64,000 bases of DNA from the IMG/VR virus record IMGVR_UViG_3300042445_001485. One strand, written 5' to 3'. A program made the translations under genes and the position numbers. Under the pieces are notes generated by a model, which saw only the letters and a list, made by a program, of their open reading frames with translations, did no database searches and was not told the origin of the DNA. Each line of letters begins with the position of its first letter. The stretch's first letter is position 1. Below are positions 19,109 to 27,046 of the stretch, in pieces. Source of the stretch: a virus. Taxonomy: Duplodnaviria > Caudoviricetes.

Positions 19109-19308
19109 TCTTTAACTCCGTAATGTTTGTTGAATCGCTCAGAGAAAGGTTCCAAGCCATATCCAGGCACAAAGTCAGCAGAGACCTGAGCACATTCCCG
19201 CACAATCAACTCGGCGAACTTGTGCAGTTCAGGAGTAAGACTACCATCTTCGTTAATAAAGGTGCGAGTATTAGCCTGTCTAACAAGTTGTTTAATTCGT
19301 TCGTTCAT
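19105..19308 (-). CDS. MNERI-family array paralog
   Basis: MNERIKQL...HKFAELIVREC...KHYGVKE; directly downstream of the promoter at 19338. Confidence 0.85.
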   Translation of the reverse strand: MNERIKQLVRQANTRTFINEDGSLTPELHKFAELIVRECAQVSADFVPGYGLEPFSERFNKHYGVKE

Positions 19309-19327
19309 TTTAGGCTCCTTTTAGTTT

Positions 19328-19504
19328 CTATACAAGTATTATAACAAATGGGTAATTATTGGTCAACCGCTTTTGCCCGCACATCTGTGTTGAGTGCAGG
19401 TCAACATTATCGGACAGCATAAGTTGTCCATCAGACAATTCAATGTATCCTTTTTCTAGGGTGGCACCAGCCTGTTTAGCAAGTTCTTTCAATCGTTCGT
19501 TCAT
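19328..19504 (-). pseudogene. Truncated MNERI-family paralog interrupted by a promoter cassette
   Basis: MNERLKELAKQAG...DNVDL lacks the KFAELIV and HFGVEE blocks and runs into the promoter sequence. Confidence 0.65.
19338..19366 (-). promoter_or_regulatory. Sigma70-type early promoter inside the array
   Basis: TTGACC-N17-TATAAT-ACTTGTATAGAAACTAAAAGGAG; nearly identical leader to the promoter at 10116. Confidence 0.85.
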
Positions 19505-19505
19505 G

Positions 19506-19697
19506 TCAATTACCCCAGCCAACGTTTTTGGATGCTTGCACATGATCCGCTGTTTGTTTCTTTTCAAACATGATCTTAGAATAATACTCGCCGGTGTCAC
19601 CTTGGAAACATGGATCGCCCAGTGCGGCATATCTCCATTTAGACAGCAACTGCTCGTATGTTGCGCCGTCAATCCATGCTTTGGTCTGTTCGTTCAT
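19506..19697 (-). CDS. Small hypothetical protein
   Basis: 63 aa ORF with GGAG SD and ATGA overlap. Confidence 0.65.
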   Translation of the reverse strand: MNEQTKAWIDGATYEQLLSKWRYAALGDPCFQGDTGEYYSKIMFEKKQTADHVQASKNVGWGN

Positions 19698-19900
19698 TTT
19701 ACTTCTCCGTGTAGGACTTCGTAATCTGCCACTCGCTGACGCATTTCAGCAATGGCTTTCTCTTGGGCAGCAGGATAACCACCGGCTGGACGATTGCGGT
19801 CAAGACCATCCAGCACTGACTTGTCCGAGGCAATTGTTGCGTGGTTGTTGATGCTGGGGTCAGTGCCACGACCGATAATCTTTAAGTTGAAAAACATCAT
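19694..19900 (-). CDS. Small hypothetical protein
   Basis: Start MMFFN after a GGAG SD, downstream of a promoter. Confidence 0.6.
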   Translation of the reverse strand: MMFFNLKIIGRGTDPSINNHATIASDKSVLDGLDRNRPAGGYPAAQEKAIAEMRQRVADYEVLHGEVK

Positions 19901-19932
19901 TGAACTCCTATTCACTATCAATCAATACATGT

Positions 19933-19961
19933 ATTATATACCCAAAATCATTTTCTGTCAA
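19933..19961 (-). promoter_or_regulatory. Sigma70-type early promoter inside the array
   Basis: TTGACA-N17-TATAAT-ACATGTATTGA. Confidence 0.85.
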
Positions 19962-19975
19962 TTCAGTAGAAAGTA

Positions 19976-20212
19976 TTACTTTTCTTCAACTCCGAAATGT
20001 TTTCCTATCCGCTTAGAACAATCATCTGCCCAAGCACTATATAATCCATCGTGATGTGTTCCTCTGTCAGCACAGACTTTAACACATTCTTCTACAATCA
20101 ACTCGGCGAACTGTTCAATGTCTATGTCTGTCATCAGTTCGATAACTTCACGGTCAGTTGGCCAGAAAACCATTTGAGATTGTTTTGCAAGTTCTTTAAT
20201 TCGTTTGTTCAT
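19976..20212 (-). CDS. MNERI-family array paralog
   Basis: MNKRIKELAKQ...EQFAELIVEEC...KHFGVEEK. Confidence 0.85.
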   Translation of the reverse strand: MNKRIKELAKQSQMVFWPTDREVIELMTDIDIEQFAELIVEECVKVCADRGTHHDGLYSAWADDCSKRIGKHFGVEEK

Positions 20213-20393
20213 TCTTTAACTCCAAATTTTTCCCATCAACCAACATCATATTCATGGCACACTTATGACAGATATAACAGAATTGTGTATCAAGGTCAGC
20301 ATAAGTTTCATACTCATGATTAAATGTATCACAATACGAACACAAAATCTTTACACGATTGTGATGATTAATTTTGACCTTTTCTATTATCAT
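20196..20393 (-). CDS. Small zinc-ribbon-like protein
   Basis: CSYC...CYICHKC; ends ELKNEQTN, which is the junction read in another frame. Confidence 0.6.
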   Translation of the reverse strand: MIIEKVKINHHNRVKILCSYCDTFNHEYETYADLDTQFCYICHKCAMNMMLVDGKNLELKNEQTN

Positions 20394-20519
20394 TCTTCAA
20401 CTCCAAAACAGTTTTTTAACATAACTGAAAATAATCATAAAAATGGTAAAGTAAGCAGCCGCACCCGCCATCAACAGATACACAACAGCCCACCAACCTG
20501 CTCGGTCACCTTCGGTCAT
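20390..20519 (-). CDS. 42 aa membrane peptide ending in FGVEE (not in the ORF track)
   Basis: MTEGDRAGWWAVVYLLMAGAAAYFTIFMIIFSYVKNCFGVEE. Confidence 0.6.
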
Positions 20520-20704
20520 TCTTTAACTCCGAAATGTTTCAACAAAAATTCTAAATCAGGGTGACCTTTATGAAAGGCAGTATCAATACATTCCCGCACA
20601 ATCAACTCGGCGAACCGTTCCATAAACTTTGTCTGTTCTTCCCAAGAATCACTTTGAGTTGTTTTAGCAGCCTCTTCCCAAATTTGTTTAATTCGTTCGT
20701 TCAT
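20516..20704 (-). CDS. MNERI-family array paralog
   Basis: MNERIKQI...ERFAELIVREC...KHFGVKE. Confidence 0.85.
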   Translation of the reverse strand: MNERIKQIWEEAAKTTQSDSWEEQTKFMERFAELIVRECIDTAFHKGHPDLEFLLKHFGVKE

Positions 20705-20961
20705 TCTTCAACTCCAAAATGGTTTTTAAACCTTGTTCGCCACTGATTCAACCATTCAATGTATTCAGTGGGTCTTTCGCTTGGTTCAAAACAATGATAG
20801 GCATCATCTTCGGCCTGTTCCATCATTCCACACATTTCCCTGACAATCAACTCGGCGAACTTTTCCGCTTCTTCTTGATTAAGAGAAAGTCCAACTGAGG
20901 CATCATAGCAAGGAACACCACCTATTGCCCGAATCATAAGTTGTTTGATTCGTTCGTTCAC
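20701..20961 (-). CDS. MNERI-family array paralog
   Basis: MNERIKQL...EKFAELIVREMC...NHFGVEE. Confidence 0.85.
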   Translation of the reverse strand: MNERIKQLMIRAIGGVPCYDASVGLSLNQEEAEKFAELIVREMCGMMEQAEDDAYHCFEPSERPTEYIEWLNQWRTRFKNHFGVEE

Positions 20962-21254
20962 GATTCAACTCCGAAATGTTCTTCCAACATATCCACAGCA
21001 TCTTCCTTCAAACGGTATGCGGCAAACAAAGCACCGCTGGCGTTGTGTGCTTGACCCTGTGGTGGATTACGACTAAACTGCTCCCAACTCTCGCCCGAAT
21101 CTTTTAGTAGTTCACAACATTCCCGCACAATCAACTCGGCGAACTTTGCCAAATTCTCATCAGTGAATGCCAATCCAGTGACGGCTCTCATAGGAGCACG
21201 ACTCCAAGTTTCGGCTCCAGCCTGTTCGGCAAGTTCTCTAATTCGTTCATTCAT
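20958..21254 (-). CDS. MNERI-family array paralog
   Basis: MNERIRELAEQA...AKFAELIVRECC...EHFGVES. Confidence 0.85.
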   Translation of the reverse strand: MNERIRELAEQAGAETWSRAPMRAVTGLAFTDENLAKFAELIVRECCELLKDSGESWEQFSRNPPQGQAHNASGALFAAYRLKEDAVDMLEEHFGVES

Positions 21255-21257
21255 TCT

Positions 21258-21476
21258 TCAACTCCGAAATGTTTTGTGTAGGGCTTCAAGATAATTGTCG
21301 GTGCCCATATGTAAATTGCCATTATCAATCTTATCATAAATTCCAGCACATTCACCGACAATCAACTCGGCGAACTTTTCCTTGAATGTTATTACATAAC
21401 CTACGCCATATAATTCATTTTGTTCATTGGCATATTCAGTAGCCTGTTCAGCAAGTTTTTGAATTCGTTCATTCAT
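21258..21476 (-). CDS. MNERI-family array paralog with the terminal block out of frame
   Basis: MNERIQKLAEQA...EKFAELIVGEC...LHKTFRS; the junction DNA is intact but read in a shifted frame after an A run. Confidence 0.8.
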   Translation of the reverse strand: MNERIQKLAEQATEYANEQNELYGVGYVITFKEKFAELIVGECAGIYDKIDNGNLHMGTDNYLEALHKTFRS

Positions 21477-21576
21477 ATCAAATACCCTATAATAAACGCT
21501 AATGCAAATCCTACTATACAAAAGTATAGAGTACCTATAGAGAATAAAAACGCATCATCCAAAATATCTTTTAGTT

Positions 21577-21789
21577 TCATACTGCACGACCTGTTCGCAT
21601 ATAGAGATATTCATCCAGTTCCCGTTCATAGGGTTTTCCTAGTCTCCGTAATTGAAAGATTTTATCAATCAGCTCATCACTATTACCCATAGTAGGAGAA
21701 TACTTACCACGGCTTTCCAATTCATCAATAAGTTCATCGTCATCAAAATCCGATAACTCAACTTCGACCTCAATCATTTTATATGTCAT
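21577..21789 (-). CDS. Small acidic hypothetical protein
   Basis: 70 aa ORF with ATGA overlap. Confidence 0.65.
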   Translation of the reverse strand: MTYKMIEVEVELSDFDDDELIDELESRGKYSPTMGNSDELIDKIFQLRRLGKPYERELDEYLYMRTGRAV

Positions 21790-22004
21790 TCTTCAGACTC
21801 CTGCATTCCAAAGTATTCCACGATGCTGTTGTAGACTTCATAATTGCCGTCAGCCTTGAGCGCACCGATATCAGCACATTTCTGCACAATCAGTTCGGCG
21901 AACTTCTCAATATCAAAGTGTTTGTCAATCATAAATCTTTTTTGATCATACACTTGATTCCATGCACCGCATTGTAGTGCAAGTTCTTTAAATCGTTTGT
22001 TCAT
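21786..22004 (-). CDS. MNERI-family array paralog
   Basis: MNKRFKELA...EKFAELIVQKC...EYFGMQE. Confidence 0.8.
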   Translation of the reverse strand: MNKRFKELALQCGAWNQVYDQKRFMIDKHFDIEKFAELIVQKCADIGALKADGNYEVYNSIVEYFGMQESEE

Positions 22005-22219
22005 TCTTCAATTCCAAAATGTTTCTTGATATGTTTGGCAACTGTATAGCCTTGCCCTAAAGTCAACTCATCAAATTTGTAAGCAATGTCTGCACATTCC
22101 AACACAATCAATCTAGCAAACTCTTTGTTGTAAGTTTCAATCCATTTGTCTACAGCAAGTATACCTTGTGGTACATTTTCTTTAGCCCGAGTGGCAAGAG
22201 CCTGTGTACGCTCATTCAC
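22001..22219 (-). CDS. MNERI-family array paralog (divergent)
   Basis: MNERTQALA...KEFARLIVLEC...KHFGIEE. Confidence 0.8.
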   Translation of the reverse strand: MNERTQALATRAKENVPQGILAVDKWIETYNKEFARLIVLECADIAYKFDELTLGQGYTVAKHIKKHFGIEE

Positions 22220-23205
22220 TCTGGATAACTCCTAGAAAGAAAGTCCACATGTGACTGTGCCTGTTCGCTGATGCGTTTCAAATCATACTTGCCACAGAAC
22301 TTTAGGAACAGAGTACCAATCTGCGGTATTGACTTGACTACACTATTTGTGGCAATGGTTTCTGCAATGATTGCTTTGATATTATCAGGCTGTGCAGAAA
22401 GATCCACCAACACACGATTGCGTTCATAGTCATCTAGTACACGGTGTTCTGCACCATTATGGTCTACCCAACGTTGCAACATCATATTGTTCCAAGAGAA
22501 ACCTTTATTTTCACGGTCTTGGAAGGCTTCCTCGAGCCCAATTCTTTTCGAAGAGCCCTTAGTGCGGACACCAGGGAATGCCGAGAAGATGTTGTCGGTG
22601 GGATCTCCGCGCATACACTTTTCGAACAGTATCCATTTAGGGTCTGGAATAGTTTTTGCTTCTTTAGTTTTTTTATCTTTAACTGGGGCACCTTTCTTGT
22701 CAAAGATGCCTGTGGTGGTATGGAGCTCATCTGATATTCCGTTATATTGTTTAACATTGTTGGCCAGCAGTTGATAAAAGTCTGTGTCAGAACTTACGAT
22801 TATGTGTTCATCTCCAGGGTGTGCTTGAATCCATCCTGCCACCAGGTCATCCGCTTCGAGTTGGCTGTGCTGGAGAACAGTACAATTGGACTTTTCGTAC
22901 AGGAACGTTTTGAGTTCATCAAAAGCGTCCCAAAATAGTTGATCTTCTTCTTGCTCTTTTTCAGTGAGTGCCGCACGGGCAACTGCTCGATTTTTCTTGT
23001 ACGGCTCATAGTAATCCTTACGCCACGAACGACCTTCTAAACAGAATATGACATGATCAGCCCGCTGATCGCGAAATGCTTTTGCAACACTACTCAGTGT
23101 GACATGGATTGCAAACCCAAGTCTATCCCAAGTGTCGCTCTGACGATGTGCCGCATGACGAGCACGGAAGAAAGTATTTGCGGTGTCTACAATAAGATAT
23201 TTCAT
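22216..23205 (-). CDS. rnh: 5'-3' exonuclease / T4 RNase H-like (FEN family)
   Basis: YLIVDTANTFFR, LEADDLV, IVSSDTDFYQL and GDPTDNIFS acidic clusters. Start at MKYLIVD after a promoter-like site (TTGACT-N17-TATTAT). Confidence 0.88.
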   Translation of the reverse strand: MKYLIVDTANTFFRARHAAHRQSDTWDRLGFAIHVTLSSVAKAFRDQRADHVIFCLEGRSWRKDYYEPYKKNRAVARAALTEKEQEEDQLFWDAFDELKTFLYEKSNCTVLQHSQLEADDLVAGWIQAHPGDEHIIVSSDTDFYQLLANNVKQYNGISDELHTTTGIFDKKGAPVKDKKTKEAKTIPDPKWILFEKCMRGDPTDNIFSAFPGVRTKGSSKRIGLEEAFQDRENKGFSWNNMMLQRWVDHNGAEHRVLDDYERNRVLVDLSAQPDNIKAIIAETIATNSVVKSIPQIGTLFLKFCGKYDLKRISEQAQSHVDFLSRSYPE

Positions 23206-23222
23206 GTAGTTATAATAGCATA

Positions 23223-23960
23223 TTATTCTATTTGAGTCAAATGCGTAACAAGATATTCTGCCCATTTTGCGTGAGCTTCTTTACCATAATGGTAATTTCC
23301 TTCAGCCACTGTTTGGAATCCTAAATTTTCGAGCCAGTAGTAATAAGTGGAATTTTGATTGTAGGGATCTATGTAGTTGTTGTGCCACTCGTACTGGCCC
23401 GGATTGATATGATTGGTTGAGATATGATCACGCTCGATTAGTGCAAAGTTTGAGTAGGTATTAAAAAATAGATGTCTAATTCCGCGAGACTTAAGACTCA
23501 TATGGAATTGGTGTATACGCTTGTGCCATTCAAGCATCTTGCGTTCTCGTTCAACTTCACCCTGCGCTACAACCCACTGTTTGTATTTATCCCGTAATTC
23601 TGGGGGAACTTGGTCCTTGCCACTTGCATTAACTTGATAATAAACATCGTTATGCAACCATTCTTCTCGTTCCCATGTACTCCAACCTATCAATATTACC
23701 AGATCATTGATGCTGGCTGTTTCGAGGAAAATCTCTGTAGTGCGTACGATCCGATCATTGGAACTACCACTTTCAGCTTGATTAATCCAATCCCATCCTA
23801 ATTTTTTAGCCGCAACGACACCAAAAGATGATGGCAAGTTTTGTGCATGACCGTGCCTATGTGGCCTAGCATAATGACGATCGCCATCGTTGGCAAAACT
23901 ATAAGGAACTACTGCTTCTGCCCCGACACTATGACTGTCGCCATTGATGTACAAGATCAT
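23223..23960 (-). CDS. SGNH/GDSL-like hydrolase-fold protein
   Basis: N-terminal NGDSH, GSSND, IGWST and C-terminal HY..EAH; start at MILYIN (ATGA overlap). Confidence 0.55.
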   Translation of the reverse strand: MILYINGDSHSVGAEAVVPYSFANDGDRHYARPHRHGHAQNLPSSFGVVAAKKLGWDWINQAESGSSNDRIVRTTEIFLETASINDLVILIGWSTWEREEWLHNDVYYQVNASGKDQVPPELRDKYKQWVVAQGEVERERKMLEWHKRIHQFHMSLKSRGIRHLFFNTYSNFALIERDHISTNHINPGQYEWHNNYIDPYNQNSTYYYWLENLGFQTVAEGNYHYGKEAHAKWAEYLVTHLTQIE

Positions 23961-24424
23961 TTGATTTCCATCCAAGTGTGGTCGCCCATGTACTTGACCT
24001 GCATTAAGTATTCGTAACTGTCCGGAGCTCCGGTGTTCCAATCCGTGGGACCGGTCATAACCAATAGTGTTTTTTGTTTTCTAGTTTCCCACACCAACCA
24101 ATACAAATTACCCATCACCACTTGGAACTGATACTCTGCGGCATGTACAGCATCTGCAACATCTAGCCTGCGTCGAATATCGTCTGCTTGCTTTTGTAGC
24201 ACAGCGACCAGTTCCATGATACGATCATACTCTTGCTGAGCATACATCCTAGCATGGTTGATCATTAGATCTTTTTGTCGTTCTACAGGCACTAGATCAA
24301 ACTTAGGACCCAGTGTACTGGTGGCGTAGGGAGTTATGTTCCTATTAAAAAAGTTAACTACAGTATTGCCAGTGACAATGTCAAAGCTGTCTCGGCCTTT
24401 GGCGCTGTTTAGTTCGTCGGTCAT
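23957..24424 (-). CDS. DUF2452-like hypothetical protein
   Basis: Coiled coil followed by AAEYQFQVVMGNLYWL...GDHTW. Confidence 0.55.
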   Translation of the reverse strand: MTDELNSAKGRDSFDIVTGNTVVNFFNRNITPYATSTLGPKFDLVPVERQKDLMINHARMYAQQEYDRIMELVAVLQKQADDIRRRLDVADAVHAAEYQFQVVMGNLYWLVWETRKQKTLLVMTGPTDWNTGAPDSYEYLMQVKYMGDHTWMEIK

Positions 24425-24817
24425 TTAACTCACTGAAGTTTTGCCGCCACCGAGGTCTTCTTTGTTATTTGTTCTGCCAGCATTGGGTTGGTTAACTACC
24501 CATTGCTCATAATTTTCTGCTAGAACATTGCGGCAAACATCTTGGAACCATTGGTCTACCATTTGCACATCATCCTTGCCTTTGTAGCCTGCTCGTACCA
24601 AATTGGTAATAAATTTGTCATTCCAATCTAATTCAAATGCACCGTTGCCAATGTTGTCGGGATCTAGTTCCACACTAAGGACACTGACCCAAGGTTCATT
24701 TTTTTCAGTAGCAATATCTTTGGGCGTCTTATCCGCTGGTGCCGATTTGGTTGCAGTTTTCTTGGCCACAGGCTTTTTAGCCACCGTCTTTTTTACTGGT
24801 GTTTTCTTTTCTACCAT
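24425..24817 (-). CDS. Hypothetical protein with Lys/Ala-rich N-terminus
   Basis: 130 aa ORF in an operon. Confidence 0.75.
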   Translation of the reverse strand: MVEKKTPVKKTVAKKPVAKKTATKSAPADKTPKDIATEKNEPWVSVLSVELDPDNIGNGAFELDWNDKFITNLVRAGYKGKDDVQMVDQWFQDVCRNVLAENYEQWVVNQPNAGRTNNKEDLGGGKTSVS

Positions 24818-24818
24818 A

Positions 24819-25070
24819 TCAGTTTCCTTTAATTTTCCAAATAAGATGTTCTATCTTATTGTGCCAACGATGCTCTACAATCGGATCGCCGGGACCTGTT
24901 AATACAGAGGTACCTCGATAGGCAAACTCTAGCCATATGAGATGATTGGTAATATCGCATCGTCTGGGCCAAACGGCAAAACTCAAATACCATCCAAGAC
25001 AATTGCGATAGAACCAATCATCACGACCTTGGGCCATTGCTCGTTTACTGTAGTAACCGGAGCCCATCAC
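24819..25070 (-). CDS. Hypothetical protein
   Basis: 83 aa ORF starting immediately after the queE stop. Confidence 0.6.
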   Translation of the reverse strand: MMGSGYYSKRAMAQGRDDWFYRNCLGWYLSFAVWPRRCDITNHLIWLEFAYRGTSVLTGPGDPIVEHRWHNKIEHLIWKIKGN

Positions 25071-25922
25071 TCAGGTGCCCCATTCGTTCTTGAAGAGTGG
25101 CACTTGTAGTCTATCACTGTACCGCCATCCTTTTCGCATTGCCATTTCTGCCACTGCACGATTGTTAAGGGTATACACCCGCTCAACACCACCGACAGGC
25201 ATGACATACACAGGACCCATAAACCCTGCTGTACGATATTCTTCAACTGCTCGTTCTGCATCTATTAGATCCTGTTCTGTTGCCACCACCAGTTTCAAGT
25301 AAGTATAACCAACTTCTTCGTATGCACATACCACTTCGGGAACGATTGCTTCTTCCCACCGCTCGCCACTGCAAGGAAGTTTGGCACTTACACTGAATGT
25401 CAATGCATTGCGTCCACGCTCTTTATTGCCCAAACTCCAGTTCAACAGATACTGTCTAAACTTTGGATCAAAGGGTTGAGTGCCGTTTGTTTCGAATGTG
25501 ATCTCTTTAAGTCCCTGCATTGTGGGATGATCTAGCAAGTCTGGATAAGCTCGTTGCCAACCTAGTAAGGGTTCACCTCCGGTGATTACGAGATGTTCGT
25601 CGCGCCATTCCTCGTACGGTAACGTATCCATAATACCAAGGGCAATTGAATCGCTAGAAAGAACGGGAGATAGATGGCGAAAGCGAGGATCCCAACTAGC
25701 GTAACTGTCACAACCTGTACTAACAAGAGGAAGGGATTTGTAGTCGGTATAGTTAGCAGGGTCAATATTGGTAGCTTCATTGCTGAGTTCTCCTTGGGGC
25801 ATGCCGAATCCGGCACATTTAAAGTTACATCCAAACACACGCAAGAACACACTGGGTACACCCATGTAGCGTCCTTCGCCTTGTATTGAATAAAATAGTT
25901 CTGCGATTTTAAGTTTTGACAT
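25071..25922 (-). CDS. queE: 7-carboxy-7-deazaguanine synthase QueE (radical SAM)
   Basis: ELFYSIQGEGRYMGVPSVFLRVFGCNFKC...GCDS, VITGGEPLL, FETNGT, VSAKL and RLQVPL. Confidence 0.9.
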   Translation of the reverse strand: MSKLKIAELFYSIQGEGRYMGVPSVFLRVFGCNFKCAGFGMPQGELSNEATNIDPANYTDYKSLPLVSTGCDSYASWDPRFRHLSPVLSSDSIALGIMDTLPYEEWRDEHLVITGGEPLLGWQRAYPDLLDHPTMQGLKEITFETNGTQPFDPKFRQYLLNWSLGNKERGRNALTFSVSAKLPCSGERWEEAIVPEVVCAYEEVGYTYLKLVVATEQDLIDAERAVEEYRTAGFMGPVYVMPVGGVERVYTLNNRAVAEMAMRKGWRYSDRLQVPLFKNEWGT

Positions 25923-25928
25923 AGTTAT

Positions 25929-25957
25929 ATTATAGAGTTATTCAGATGGTTAGTCAA
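25929..25957 (-). promoter_or_regulatory. Sigma70-type promoter for queE
   Basis: TTGACT-N17-TATAAT; transcript would be nearly leaderless. Confidence 0.75.
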
Positions 25958-26754
25958 TTGATTTTAAACCATTTTTTGATTACCCAAGCAGTTAGATCAA
26001 ACTCACCTGGCTTTTTTGCAGTATCATAGTCGAATGGAAATTTATGATGATTATTATGTAGCCCTTCTCCTAAATTCCAGGCCAATATCCAGCGATTGTT
26101 GTGACTGTTGTCGGGGGTATCGTAGTTCCTATATGAGCCGGGAAATTTCATGTGCAGTATTGTGCCAGAAAGTATGCCCGTATTCAGGATGGCAATACCA
26201 GCTGGCATTAGGACAAAGAATAGACAAACTTTCCAAGAGATTAAAAATGAAACTGCAATTAACATATACCAGATGTAAAAGTAGTTTTTATTTATGAACA
26301 TTACCAATGGATCTTTGGTCAAGCGTACAACACCGGATGTGGTGATTTGGATATGTTTTTCTAAAAACCAACGAGTTGGCTTAAAGATAAAACCCAGACT
26401 GCTGTGTAACCAACCATCAACGGTTGGACTGTGTATGTCCTTGGGCTGATCGCTGTATTTGTGATGATGTACATGTGTTTTTGACCATGCCAATGGATCC
26501 CCTTCGCCGCCTATAATACTCATACAGCATAGAAATATATGTCTAAGTTTACCAGTACGAAATTGTCCGTGTGCAAAATATCTATGTAGACCAATTTGTA
26601 TACTGACCAGTGTTACAGCAATTCTAGAATACACAAACCCGCATATAAACCATAGCCACAGATTGTAGTGTATGGTAACTGCAATAGACACAGGAACAGA
26701 TACTACAAATAAAAGTTGTAGAGAGACTCTTTTGAGTCTATCCAAGTTAATCAT
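25954..26754 (-). CDS. Membrane fatty acid (delta-9-like) desaturase
   Basis: His boxes HRYFAH, HVHHH and HNNHH, GEGLHNNHH, TM helices. Confidence 0.88.
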   Translation of the reverse strand: MINLDRLKRVSLQLLFVVSVPVSIAVTIHYNLWLWFICGFVYSRIAVTLVSIQIGLHRYFAHGQFRTGKLRHIFLCCMSIIGGEGDPLAWSKTHVHHHKYSDQPKDIHSPTVDGWLHSSLGFIFKPTRWFLEKHIQITTSGVVRLTKDPLVMFINKNYFYIWYMLIAVSFLISWKVCLFFVLMPAGIAILNTGILSGTILHMKFPGSYRNYDTPDNSHNNRWILAWNLGEGLHNNHHKFPFDYDTAKKPGEFDLTAWVIKKWFKIN

Positions 26755-26758
26755 ATGT

Positions 26759-27046
26759 TTATTCCTTAAAAATATTAGACCAAATTTTTAGTTTGGAAAT
26801 TTTATTATCAGCGGCAATGCTGACCTGCTCACTACCTACCAAGTTAAACTGAATACACAAATCAATCATAGCCTGTAAATCACCTAGTTCTTCTGCCAAA
26901 TGTTCTCTATTTGTTTTAGGTTTGCCGGGTTTAAAATTGTCTAGGCCAAAGCGATAGCACTTACTGATGGCCTGTGTTACTTCTGCACATTCCTCTTGAG
27001 TGATAAGTAGAATTTCATTTTCTCTTGTATTCATATTTAGTTCCAA
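26759..27046 (-). CDS. MazG-like nucleotide pyrophosphohydrolase
   Basis: QEECAEVTQAISK...LAEELGDLQA pattern. Confidence 0.75.
   Translation of the reverse strand: MELNMNTRENEILLITQEECAEVTQAISKCYRFGLDNFKPGKPKTNREHLAEELGDLQAMIDLCIQFNLVGSEQVSIAADNKISKLKIWSNIFKE

Larger units (their letters stand above)
16828..22219 (-). repeat. Tandem array of paralogous mini-genes built on three conserved DNA blocks
   Basis: The + strand 18-mer CAATCAACTCGGCGAACT is exact at 17201, 17407, 17754, 18011, 18840, 19203, 20095, 20844, 21128 and 21359, with variants elsewhere. The junction (minus strand) CATTTCGGAGTT(G/A)AAGAATGAACGAACGAATT recurs. Confidence 0.95.

Noticed and set aside
17100-22219. Repeat-spacer pattern as a CRISPR array
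   Set aside because: The repeats are three different alternating blocks, lie in open reading frames with SD and start/stop signals, and have spacers of very unequal length. No cas genes are present.
17100-22219. Diversity-generating retroelement
   Set aside because: No reverse transcriptase in the window and no template/variable repeat pair differing only at adenines; the inserts differ in length and at all bases.
25067-25261. 64 aa minus-strand ORF inside queE
   Set aside because: It is an alternate-frame overlap of a well-supported gene with no motif.
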